Virus record (IMG/VR): IMGVR_UViG_3300045988_156465
DNA length: 64,000 bases
Strand: one strand, 5' to 3'
DNA from: a virus
Shown here piece after piece: positions 8,420 through 16,341 of the stretch. The translations under genes and the position numbers were made by a program. The notes below the pieces were generated by a model. The model saw nothing but the letters and a program-made list of their open reading frames with translations, had not been told where the DNA came from and did no database searches. The number at the start of each line of letters is the position of its first letter. Positions within the stretch are counted from its first letter, which is position 1.

Positions 8420-8657
8420 ACACCTTTCTATTTTGTAGTCGAATGGAAAGTTTTGCTGAATGTTTGGTAGTCAACTGCAATGGAATCCTTCTCCCTTCTG
8501 GTATAATTAGCTTGTACCTAAAAAACAGGTACACCGCAGTTCTGGTTATTGGGCGGCGTTTGGATTGGCGTTCTCGCCGCCTAATATCTATTGTAAACCT
8601 TGAAAATAAAAAGTCTATAGCTAAAAATGTCGAAAATGTAGAAAGGGCGTATAAATT

Positions 8658-8789
8658 ATGTTAAGAAATGAAGAATGTACGGATAAAATGAGCCAATTTC
8701 GTGAAGAAATTATCGATTTAATATCTAAATTTGATGATGTGCGCCGCCTGAGGGCGATTCGTGCATATCTCAGAGCACTGTTAGGATGA
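8658..8789 (+). CDS. possible 43-aa ORF
   Basis: Read by eye: MLRNEECTDKMSQFREEIIDLISKFDDVRRLRAIRAYLRALLG. Weak RBS. Confidence 0.3.
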   Translation: MLRNEECTDKMSQFREEIIDLISKFDDVRRLRAIRAYLRALLG

Positions 8790-8837
8790 TAAAAAAGAGA
8801 AAGTCAATGGATTGCGCATTTCCATTGACTTTTTTTA

Positions 8838-9218
8838 TTACTCTTTTCCGATAGAATCAACAAGTTTTTCCAAAACTTCCCAATCTGATTCATTCAGCTT
8901 AGCCAGTGCAGACACGAGCCTGCGCTTGAAACTATCTTTTCCGTTTCTTTGGATTTCGCCAAGCATTTCAGAAATCTGCTCATCTTTAGATTTAACAAAC
9001 ATTTCGTCAATCCCATCTCTGAGCCAATCCTCGTTTACAAACTTTCCGTTCCAAGATTCCAAACAAATTATTTTGAAAATCTTATCCGTTACCGGTCTAT
9101 CCCCTTTTTCGATTTGGGATAAATAGGTCTGCGCTACTCCTATCTTCTTCCCAAAATCGCTTTGATTCATTTCAAGGAATAGCCTTAATTTTTTCACGCG
9201 CTCATTTACACCATTCAA
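8838..9218 (-). CDS. cI-like XRE-family repressor
   Basis: GGAGG lies 8 nt before the TTG at 9218. The HTH is MNQSDFGKKIGVAQTYLSQIEKGDRPV. It is divergent from the operator-bearing promoter at 9258-9320. Confidence 0.7.
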   Translation of the reverse strand: MNGVNERVKKLRLFLEMNQSDFGKKIGVAQTYLSQIEKGDRPVTDKIFKIICLESWNGKFVNEDWLRDGIDEMFVKSKDEQISEMLGEIQRNGKDSFKRRLVSALAKLNESDWEVLEKLVDSIGKE

Positions 9219-9257
9219 TGTAGACACCTCCTTTCTTGTAATATAATAACACAAGAA

Positions 9258-9320
9258 TATTGCAAATGCAATAAATTTTTCTTGACTTTATAACGCATTT
9301 GCGCTACTATGATATTGCAA
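9258..9320 (+). promoter_or_regulatory. promoter TTGACT-17-TACTAT overlapped by TGCA-NN-TGCA operators
   Basis: TATTGCAAATGCAATA at 9258-9273. -35 at 9282-9287. CGCATTTGCG lies inside the spacer. -10 at 9305-9310. A half-site TATTGCAAA lies at 9312-9320. Confidence 0.6.
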
Positions 9321-9341
9321 ACGAAATAAGGAGGTGAGGAG

Positions 9342-9425
9342 ATGAAAAAAGTATTTTACTTTTCTTTGGTTGCATTAGCAGTTTCTATTGTAGCCTTCAT
9401 TATTTCAATATCAAGGGTAATATGA
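9342..9425 (+). CDS. 27-aa hydrophobic peptide
   Basis: AAGGAGGTGAGGAG RBS. Product MKKVFYFSLVALAVSIVAFIISISRVI. Its 3' end overlaps the convergent gene by 26 nt. Confidence 0.45.
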   Translation: MKKVFYFSLVALAVSIVAFIISISRVI

Positions 9426-9723
9426 TGGCTGCGATACTAATTGTGATGGAAACAATGGATGTTATGACAGAAATGTTGGAATATTTTCTGGACGATTCCG
9501 CCGTTTCCTTCGCTAATTTGGATTGTTCGATGGCTGCATCAGCTTGAATTTTTGAACTGTCCGCGACTGCTTTGGCAGATTCAGCTTGAGATTTTGCAGA
9601 ATCAGCAAGATTGCGGAGTTCATGAGATGTTTTCTCAAGAAAAGCCGTCTGGTGTTCCATCATTTCAAGAGGGCTTTTACCTTCTTCATAATCTGGGGAC
9701 ATGGCATCTAAGTTGCTATGCAT
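9400..9723 (-). CDS. coiled-coil protein with C-terminal TM anchor
   Basis: 107-aa ORF. Ser/Ala/Lys-rich coil followed by ISVITSIVSITISIAAIILPLILK. Confidence 0.55.
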   Translation of the reverse strand: MHSNLDAMSPDYEEGKSPLEMMEHQTAFLEKTSHELRNLADSAKSQAESAKAVADSSKIQADAAIEQSKLAKETAESSRKYSNISVITSIVSITISIAAIILPLILK

Positions 9724-9812
9724 ATTTTATTGATTCTATCGTAATCATGAAACATTTTGAAAATCTCCTTTTTAAAGGGATTATACCACAAAACAGGGAA
9801 GGAGGTGAAACG

Positions 9813-10007
9813 ATGGAAGAAAGAAAATTCGGGAAAACCATAGTGGATTTTACTTCTAAAGGCTCTATTCAGTGTATTGCTATAGCGCATACAGAAAAAG
9901 ATAGAAACGACTTACTGAAAAGAGCCTACAGGGTAATATTCACGCCAAATACGGAAGGAATCAACTGTTGGGTTCTGTTTCGGGAAAAATCGGAGGTCGG
10001 TCTTTAG
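9813..10007 (+). CDS. hypothetical protein
   Basis: GGAAGGAGGTG RBS before the ATG at 9813. 64 aa. Confidence 0.5.
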   Translation: MEERKFGKTIVDFTSKGSIQCIAIAHTEKDRNDLLKRAYRVIFTPNTEGINCWVLFREKSEVGL

Positions 10008-10152
10008 ACCACTCTAAATGAATCCATCGATAGTCCGGCGGAAATCCTTCTGAAATACCGATAAATCGCCAACCGCATTTTTCATAATCTGAAATGATTT
10101 GGTTTATCTGGGATTCCGAAAGGTTATCACATTTGATGATTCGTTTTTCCAT
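9961..10152 (-). CDS. hypothetical protein
   Basis: 63-aa ORF with AAGGAGGTG RBS. It overlaps the convergent 9813 ORF by 47 nt. Confidence 0.5.
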   Translation of the reverse strand: MEKRIIKCDNLSESQINQIISDYEKCGWRFIGISEGFPPDYRWIHLEWSKDRPPIFPETEPNS

Positions 10153-10208
10153 AAATTCACCTCCTTATTATTTGATAAGGAAATTATAACACAGAAAGGA
10201 ATGGTGCA

Positions 10209-11018
10209 ATGCACGATTTGGTTCATATCCAAAATACTGATATTTCGGTAAAGGAATATCGAGGGCAAAGAGTTGTAACATTGAAAGATGTTGATATGGT
10301 CCATGAAAGACCTGAGGGAACGGCGAGAAGAAATTTTAATTCTAACAGAAATAGATTTATTGATGGAGAAGATTATTTCGTTGTTAGTGCGGACGAAATT
10401 CGTACAAGCCGCATGTTTCCTATATCTGACAATGATTTTACAAACAAAATTCTTCTAACAGAACAGGGATATTTGATGTTAGTCAAGTCATTTACGGACG
10501 ATTTGGCATGGACGGTTCAGAGACAGCTTGTGAACGGATATTTTAAGACAAGGCGGCTTGTCAATGAGGAATTATCGCCGGAAACACAGCTTATCTTAAA
10601 ACTGGCTCAAAGCATCGCCAATAAAGAGTTGGAAGATAAAGAGCGAGACAGGCAGATTGCACTTGCGAATGAAACAGCGAAAAAGGCGGTTGAAACTACA
10701 GAAACAATTAAGGAAGCTGTTAAACCTGTACTGGATAATTGGCGGATTGAGATTAACAGAAAAATTAAACGTGTTCAGTTTAGTTCCAAAATTGATTTTC
10801 AAACATTGAATACCCAACTGTATTCAGAATTGGAACAAAGAGCCGGATGCGACTTAGGCACAAGGCTTAGAAACATGAAGCAGAGGATGGGAAATTCTGG
10901 TGCGACCAAAACCGCAATCAATAGTATCAGAAAAATTGATGTGATTGAGGGAGACAAGAAACTTCGGGAGATTTTTTCAAAAATTGTCTCCGAGTACGAA
11001 ATTAAATATTGCGCATAG
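10209..11018 (+). CDS. phage antirepressor-like protein (ORF6N-type N-terminal domain)
   Basis: DISVKEYRGQRVVTLKDVDMVHERPEGTARRNFNSNRNRFIDGEDYF...LTEQGYLMLVKSF. Paralog of 7399..8070 with a longer coiled C-terminus. Confidence 0.7.
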   Translation: MHDLVHIQNTDISVKEYRGQRVVTLKDVDMVHERPEGTARRNFNSNRNRFIDGEDYFVVSADEIRTSRMFPISDNDFTNKILLTEQGYLMLVKSFTDDLAWTVQRQLVNGYFKTRRLVNEELSPETQLILKLAQSIANKELEDKERDRQIALANETAKKAVETTETIKEAVKPVLDNWRIEINRKIKRVQFSSKIDFQTLNTQLYSELEQRAGCDLGTRLRNMKQRMGNSGATKTAINSIRKIDVIEGDKKLREIFSKIVSEYEIKYCA

Positions 11019-11033
11019 AAGGGAGAAAGAAAG

Positions 11034-11252
11034 ATGAACATTGATAAATTAAATGAATTTGATGTTTCAATAGGATTTCGGTTTGCAGAAGCTCATGAGC
11101 AAACAGCGGAATGTAGCGATGGTGGAACCGCAAGTGTTATCACGCTGCACTTTGGAAACGATTTTCATGTTGCTGCGGTTGTAGATTTTATTGACGGAGA
11201 ACCTCATATTATCGAGCTTTATGCGGTTGACGATAATGGGAAGAAAATTTAA
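11034..11252 (+). CDS. hypothetical protein
   Basis: 72-aa ORF with GGGAGAAAG RBS. Confidence 0.5.
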   Translation: MNIDKLNEFDVSIGFRFAEAHEQTAECSDGGTASVITLHFGNDFHVAAVVDFIDGEPHIIELYAVDDNGKKI

Positions 11253-11269
11253 GGAAGGAGGTGCAGGAA

Positions 11270-11410
11270 ATGAGCGAAAAGGAAAAACAGGTAGTAGAAA
11301 AGCTGAAAGAAGCAATTCCGCAGATGTCCGATTTTGACAAGGGTTATATCCTCGGAAAAGTTGAGAGCATGGCAGAGCGGAAAAAAGAAGATGCGGAGGA
11401 AAAGGAATGA
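11270..11410 (+). CDS. 46-aa hypothetical protein
   Basis: Read by eye: MSEKEKQVVEKLKEAIPQMSDFDKGYILGKVESMAERKKEDAEEKE. GGAAGGAGGTG RBS. Confidence 0.45.
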   Translation: MSEKEKQVVEKLKEAIPQMSDFDKGYILGKVESMAERKKEDAEEKE

Positions 11411-11556
11411 TTGTAATAAAAATCATTTTAATTGTATTGCAATTTTCGCTTTTTGCAATGTGTATATTAAGTTGCATTGAAAACGAAAGCAAAGAATTGG
11501 GATTTTGGACTGTTTTATGGCTTATTTGCACAATTCTGAAATATGCAGTCTGTTAG
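11407..11556 (+). CDS. 49-aa membrane peptide
   Basis: ATGA overlap with the upstream ORF. Product MIVIKIILIVLQFSLFAMCILSCIENESKELGFWTVLWLICTILKYAVC. Confidence 0.4.
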   Translation: MIVIKIILIVLQFSLFAMCILSCIENESKELGFWTVLWLICTILKYAVC

Positions 11557-11569
11557 CGAGGTGTTGAAG

Positions 11570-11665
11570 ATGTATGTAAATCCATTTGTAGCAGGCGTTT
11601 TCGTGACAATCGCATCGGAGATGGTTCTGATTTTCCTGTATGCCATTTTTAACCAGAAGAAATAA
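11570..11665 (+). CDS. 31-aa membrane peptide
   Basis: GAGGTG RBS. Product MYVNPFVAGVFVTIASEMVLIFLYAIFNQKK. Confidence 0.4.
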   Translation: MYVNPFVAGVFVTIASEMVLIFLYAIFNQKK

Positions 11666-11683
11666 GAAGGGCAGGGATAGGAA

Positions 11684-11893
11684 ATGTCAATCGGGTTGCC
11701 GCGCAGAACGCCAACAAATAAAAGAGTAGTAGCCTGCAATATCTGCGGTAAGGTTTGGAACATTGCCGCAACGCAGGATACCCAAAAGGGCTATTATTGC
11801 CCGGAGTGTAGCAAAGGTAGGGGTGCAAAACATGAAAATAGAACAAATCAGAGAAACAGCGCAAAAGAAACTGTTTGTAGGCAAGAAGGTTAA
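11684..11893 (+). CDS. zinc-ribbon protein
   Basis: CNICGKV...YYCPECSK four-Cys motif. Its 3' end overlaps the next ORF by about 60 nt, so the end is uncertain. Confidence 0.45.
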   Translation: MSIGLPRRTPTNKRVVACNICGKVWNIAATQDTQKGYYCPECSKGRGAKHENRTNQRNSAKETVCRQEG

Positions 11894-12068
11894 GGTGCTT
11901 GAGTTCGGCAAGGATAGGCATGGAGCGAACGTCCTGCGAAAAAGAAGAACAGGAACGGTAACAGGTCTTTATCCACATATTTTTACTGCGATTTTTAATG
12001 GAGGATACACAGAGAGTTTCCGCTACAGTCAGTTCTTTGAAAGTGATGGGGAAGTGGTGAGGCTATGA
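11832..12068 (+). CDS. hypothetical protein
   Basis: 78 aa. ATGA-type overlap with the downstream membrane-protein gene. Confidence 0.5.
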   Translation: MKIEQIRETAQKKLFVGKKVKVLEFGKDRHGANVLRKRRTGTVTGLYPHIFTAIFNGGYTESFRYSQFFESDGEVVRL

Positions 12069-12268
12069 GAAATTGGAAACGGACTGCGTTTTACATCCGC
12101 CGTGGTCTGCTGCGGTGGGCAGCTATGTTTCTGGGAACGCTTCTTTCTCTTTGTGTCATGGTGTTTGTTCTGGAAAATGCTGACGGGCGAATGATGTTTT
12201 ATCTCGCGAGCAGCGTCATGATTGCAATCGCAATCGGCAGTTTGTTCTACGGAGGGCAGGAAAAATGA
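12065..12268 (+). CDS. small two-TM membrane protein (paralog of 37054..37263 in E2)
   Basis: MRNWKRTAFYIRRGLLRWAAMFLGTLL compares with E2 MRNWKRTFFYIRRGLLRWAVVFFGTLL. Confidence 0.65.
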   Translation: MRNWKRTAFYIRRGLLRWAAMFLGTLLSLCVMVFVLENADGRMMFYLASSVMIAIAIGSLFYGGQEK

Positions 12269-12687
12269 AAAATCCTGTATGCAATTTTAACTGTTTTGAA
12301 TGTCCGCACCCAGATTGCATCTGTGATGATTTTTCGCGAAAGGAGTATGTGACGGACGCTGAAATCAACAGAATTGCAGGTATGACGAGAAGCAAAACAG
12401 GCTTGAGAAAAAAAGAATACCTCAGAAAGTATTATTCAGAACGCAAAGAATATGCCAAAGCATACCAGAAAAGCTATTACGAGAAAAACAAAGAGAGGAT
12501 TCGCGAAAAGGCTAGGGAGCGTTACCGAAAGAACAGAGACAGATACATAGCAAGCGTGCGAGCCTATCGGGAGAGCAATAAGGAGAAGGTCGATGCCTAC
12601 AAGAAAGAATACTCAAAAAAATATAAAAGACGAAAAAGGGAGGAAAGAGAGAATGAAAAACGGCAGAGAATTGACACCAGAGAATGA
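12265..12687 (+). CDS. Cys-rich N-terminus, highly basic Lys/Arg/Tyr-rich protein
   Basis: 140-aa ORF with translational coupling (ATGA). CNFNCFECPHPDCIC followed by KEY/RKxY repeats. Confidence 0.55.
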   Translation: MKNPVCNFNCFECPHPDCICDDFSRKEYVTDAEINRIAGMTRSKTGLRKKEYLRKYYSERKEYAKAYQKSYYEKNKERIREKARERYRKNRDRYIASVRAYRESNKEKVDAYKKEYSKKYKRRKREERENEKRQRIDTRE

Positions 12688-12838
12688 GTTGCAGGAGCTT
12701 TGGGAACTGAACGGCAGGGTTAAGGCGGTCATTTCGTATCTGAAAACAGATAAATTTGTGGATGCCGAACAAATCTTGGCTATGCTTGCTGGAGGTGATG
12801 ATGATGGCTTACCCATGCAGGACAGGGATAAAGACTGA
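12653..12838 (+). CDS. hypothetical protein
   Basis: GGGAGGAAAG RBS before the ATG at 12653. 61 aa. Confidence 0.45.
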   Translation: MKNGRELTPENELQELWELNGRVKAVISYLKTDKFVDAEQILAMLAGGDDDGLPMQDRDKD

Positions 12839-12980
12839 ATGTGACAGCTGCGGATACTGCGAAAAAGAGCAGGAAGAATGTCCGCACTGCCAAGAGACGC
12901 AATACGAATACTTTTATAGAAGGGATGACGGAGAAATCGTTGGCTGTAGCGAATGTATAGAAAGGATGTGGAGTGATTGA
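12804..12980 (+). CDS. small Cys-rich zinc-ribbon protein (motif shared with 37498..37776)
   Basis: CDSCGYC..CPHCQETQYEYFYRRDDGEIVGCSECIERM. GGAGG lies 8 nt upstream. Confidence 0.55.
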   Translation: MAYPCRTGIKTECDSCGYCEKEQEECPHCQETQYEYFYRRDDGEIVGCSECIERMWSD

Positions 12981-14911
12981 CGGAAGTGTTATTGAAAAAA
13001 ATCAGTCTTAAAAACTACATGGGGGCTGAAAATGTAGAGGTTGACTTTTCCGAGAAAACGGAAATCAGAGGTAAAAACCGTTGCGGCAAGTCTACACTAA
13101 TGAACGCCTACTTTGATGTTATGACAGGGAAATTTGCGAATGGTGCCGCACCGAACAATATTTGCCCTGTGGATGAGAACGGAGAAGAAAAGCCTGTCAA
13201 GGAAATAGAAAGAGCGGTTACTTTGGAAATCAACGGAATTGAACACGAAATCAGAAAAGTGACTAAAAGAAAGTATCGTAAGGGCGTTTTTATCGGAAAT
13301 GAAACTGTTTATATTCTTGATGGCGTATCTGCGAAAGCAGCGGAAGTCAATGATTTCTTGTCTGGTATCGCACCGCCAGAAACGATTGCAATGTGTTCCA
13401 ATGCGTCTGTATTTTTGTCGACCTTGAAAAAATCGGCTGCGGATGCCAGAAAAGCCATTGAGAGCCTTTCTGGGTTCGATGTGGAGCGTTTTTGCAAGGA
13501 AAATGCAGAATACCAGAGCATTTACGAAATGACCGCAGGAAAGAAAACGGAGGACGTATTGAAGCAACTGAAAAAACGCCTTTCTGTCGAAAACGGAGAA
13601 CTGGACAGGCTGAATGTTGAATTGGACTACGAGCAGCGCAGACTTGACAGGTCGGATGATTCTGATTTGCAGAAATTGGAATCCGAGAAAGCGGTTATTA
13701 TCGGAAACATTGATAGTATGGAGAACCTGAAAGAAACACTGAATATTTCAATCGACAGATACACTTTCCTGCTTTCACATATCGAAAAACTCAAAGGCGA
13801 GTTATCCAAAATCGAAAAGGAGCAGACAAAAACGCAAAGGGAAAGAATCGGTGCTATCAATGAAGAATTGGCTGTTCTGGATAAGGAAATTTCAGAAAAA
13901 TCAGCGGAGTTGACCAAAAGAAATACAAAATTGCAGGATAACAAAATCTTTCTTGCCTTAAAAGATAAGGAGTTGATGGATTTGGTAAAAGAACGCCTGC
14001 GGCTGAAAAATGCTGATTTTATCGCAAGTGGCGTGTGTCATGTTTGTGGGCAGCCTTTGCCAGAGGATAAAACAGAGGAAGATAGAGAGCAATTTGAGAA
14101 AGAAAGCGAAGAAAATATCCGGCTTACAGAAAGTGCTATTTCCTCTGCGGAATCCGAGATTGAGGAAGTTGGAGAAAAACTCAGCCTTAATTCCAAGAAA
14201 ATCGAAAAATTAACGGCGTTTATTTCCGATAAGAAGAAACGAGTAGAGGAAATTCCCTCTGAAAAAGAAAAAATATTTTCCGATATGAAATTTTCTGGAA
14301 CGGAGGAATACAAAAGGACTTCGGAAGAATTGGAAAAATCAGAAGCAGAAGCAGCAAGGCTTTTTGAATCGACCGATTTATGGCGGCAGGTAACGGAACG
14401 AATCAGCAGCTACAAGGCTGACCTTTCACAGAAAGAATCTGAAATCAAAGCTATTATCAGAGATACCGAAAATACAGAAAAACGAATTGATTCGTTGAAG
14501 GAATCCGTTAAGGAACAGGCGCAGAAAATAGCGGACGTTGAACGCCAGATTGATATGTTGCAGGATTTCAGCATTGCTAAAAATGTAGCTCTGGAGGATA
14601 TGGTAAACAGGAAATTTGAGTTTATCAAAATAAAAATGAGCGAAGAAACATTGAGCGGAGATATTAAGGAAACTTTGAGAATCAATGTAAATGGCGTTGA
14701 TTACTTTAATGGATTGAATCACGGAGACAGAATTCTTGCGGAAATTTTCTTGTTAAAAGGATTGCAGGACATGAACGGAATCAAGCTGCCGATTTGGATT
14801 GACGATACAGAATCATTGGACGAAAACAGGATTCCAGATGTAAGCCGCCAGTTGATTGTTATTCGCAGGACAGATGATGAAACTTTGAAAGTATGCAATG
14901 GGGAGGAATAA
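12977..14911 (+). CDS. Rad50/SbcC-like AAA ATPase with long coiled coil and CxxC hook
   Basis: Walker A GKNRCGKST. About 400 aa of heptad-rich coil interrupted by CHVCGQPLP (14036-14047). C-terminal LPIWIDDTESLD is Walker B/D-loop-like. TTG start. Confidence 0.75.
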   Translation: MTEVLLKKISLKNYMGAENVEVDFSEKTEIRGKNRCGKSTLMNAYFDVMTGKFANGAAPNNICPVDENGEEKPVKEIERAVTLEINGIEHEIRKVTKRKYRKGVFIGNETVYILDGVSAKAAEVNDFLSGIAPPETIAMCSNASVFLSTLKKSAADARKAIESLSGFDVERFCKENAEYQSIYEMTAGKKTEDVLKQLKKRLSVENGELDRLNVELDYEQRRLDRSDDSDLQKLESEKAVIIGNIDSMENLKETLNISIDRYTFLLSHIEKLKGELSKIEKEQTKTQRERIGAINEELAVLDKEISEKSAELTKRNTKLQDNKIFLALKDKELMDLVKERLRLKNADFIASGVCHVCGQPLPEDKTEEDREQFEKESEENIRLTESAISSAESEIEEVGEKLSLNSKKIEKLTAFISDKKKRVEEIPSEKEKIFSDMKFSGTEEYKRTSEELEKSEAEAARLFESTDLWRQVTERISSYKADLSQKESEIKAIIRDTENTEKRIDSLKESVKEQAQKIADVERQIDMLQDFSIAKNVALEDMVNRKFEFIKIKMSEETLSGDIKETLRINVNGVDYFNGLNHGDRILAEIFLLKGLQDMNGIKLPIWIDDTESLDENRIPDVSRQLIVIRRTDDETLKVCNGEE

Positions 14912-14913
14912 AA

Positions 14914-15663
14914 ATGGGAATGAAAGGATATAAAGGTTTTCGTAAAGGGCTTATTTGCAAAGGCAAGCAGTACGCAGAGAACACGATTTTTGAAGAAAGC
15001 GAAGCTAATATTTGCGTGAATGGTATGCACTTCTGCAAAAATCCTATGGACGTACTTGACCATTATCCGCTGATTGATGATAACGGCGAAATGTGCGAAT
15101 TTGCGGAAGTAGAGGCATTGGACGAAACTCTTACAAATGACGAGAAGAAATATTGCACGAAGAAACTAAAAATCGGTGCAAGGCTGTCTTTAGCAGAATT
15201 TATTAAGGCAAGTTTTGACGTAACCTATCAGCAGATTAAAGAAGAAGTTGATAATGTTTCAGAAAAAGAAAATGTCGTAGATAACGCCACACTGGCAGGC
15301 GGAAACAGGGCCACACTTGCAGGCGGAGACGGGGCCACACTTGCAGGCGGAGACGGGGCTAAACTGGCAGGCGGAAACAGGGCCACACTTGCAGGCGGAG
15401 ACTGGTCTAAACTGGCAGGCGGAGACTGGTCTAAACTGGCAGGCGGAGACGGGTCTAAACTGGCAGGCGGAAAACACACCATTATGATTTCCGAAAACGA
15501 TAGCAAAGCTAAAGGCGGTATCGGAAGTTTGATTGTTATGGTGGAGCGAAACAATGAAGGAGAAATCGTCAATTACAAAGCAATCCAGATTGATGGGGAT
15601 ACATATAAAGAGGACACATGGTATCAGTTGGAAGATGGAGAAATTAAGGAAGCGGAGGAATGA
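14914..15663 (+). CDS. phage protein with N-terminal Cys-containing domain and 8 tandem octapeptide repeats
   Basis: GGGGAGG RBS. MGMKGYKGFRKGLICKGKQYAENTIFEE...GMHFCKNPMDVLDHYP, then (A/S)(T/K)LAGG(D/N)(G/R/W) x8. Confidence 0.7.
   Translation: MGMKGYKGFRKGLICKGKQYAENTIFEESEANICVNGMHFCKNPMDVLDHYPLIDDNGEMCEFAEVEALDETLTNDEKKYCTKKLKIGARLSLAEFIKASFDVTYQQIKEEVDNVSEKENVVDNATLAGGNRATLAGGDGATLAGGDGAKLAGGNRATLAGGDWSKLAGGDWSKLAGGDGSKLAGGKHTIMISENDSKAKGGIGSLIVMVERNNEGEIVNYKAIQIDGDTYKEDTWYQLEDGEIKEAEE
15286..15477 (+). repeat. 24-bp tandem repeat x8 (coding, octapeptide xxLAGGxx)
   Basis: Units read GCCACACTGGCAGGCGGAAACAGG, GCCACACTTGCAGGCGGAGACGGG ... TCTAAACTGGCAGGCGGAAAACAC, in frame with the 14914 ORF. 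Confidence 0.9.
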
Positions 15664-15665
15664 GC

Positions 15666-16337
15666 ATGAAATACAGAAAGAAACCCGTGGTAATTGAAGC
15701 GTTTAAATATGATGGAGATTTAAAAGGTGCAGATGGTAAATATTATGTCCCTGATTGGGCTGTAAATGCCTTTGAAAATGGCATCATGCACTACGATAGT
15801 GAGGATGGAGAAAAACCGCCTATTGAACTCTATATTGATACATTAGAGGGGACACACCATGTGAGTGTTGGGGACTATGTGATTCGCGGCGTGAAGGGAG
15901 AACTTTATCCCTGTAAACCAGATATTTTCGAGAAGACATATGAAGCATGTGAGGAGCGATGCAGAATGGCAGAAATGAAGGCGTTAGAGTTTTTGAGAGA
16001 ATGGCATAGAATGTGTCAAAAGTATCCGTTTTGTAGTGATTGCCCAATGGAAGATTCTTCATCTCGCAGTTGTATGCCTTGTAAGTGGGTTTTTAATGAT
16101 ATAGAAAAAGTGGTCGCCATCGTGAAGAAGTGGTCTGAGGAACATCCAAGAAAAACACTTTTGCAGGATTTCTTGGAGAAGTATCCGAAAGCCGAACTGG
16201 CATATAACAAATTTCCGGAAATTTGCCCTCATTCGTTGGGATATGCGACAAATAAAGAGTGCTTTTTAGATACGGACGAACAATTTGTTTCAGAAGAATG
16301 CGAAGAATGTTGGAACAGACCGTTGGAGGAGGAATGA
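15666..16337 (+). CDS. two-domain phage protein; Cys-rich C-terminal domain is a paralog of 23593..23933
   Basis: N-terminus MKYRKKPVVIEAFKYDG. The C-terminus FCSDCP...VKKWSEEHPRKTLLQDFLEKYP...CEECWNRPLEEE is shared with the downstream interrupted gene. Confidence 0.65.
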   Translation: MKYRKKPVVIEAFKYDGDLKGADGKYYVPDWAVNAFENGIMHYDSEDGEKPPIELYIDTLEGTHHVSVGDYVIRGVKGELYPCKPDIFEKTYEACEERCRMAEMKALEFLREWHRMCQKYPFCSDCPMEDSSSRSCMPCKWVFNDIEKVVAIVKKWSEEHPRKTLLQDFLEKYPKAELAYNKFPEICPHSLGYATNKECFLDTDEQFVSEECEECWNRPLEEE

Positions 16338-16341
16338 AATA

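Noticed and set aside
15228-15572. Repeat-containing minus-strand ORFs (PPASL/PVSACQF repeats), and the possibility that the 24-bp repeats form a CRISPR-like array.
   Set aside because: The repeats are contiguous with no spacers. They are in frame with a plus-strand gene that has an RBS and flanking domains. The antisense ORFs are artefacts of the repeat.
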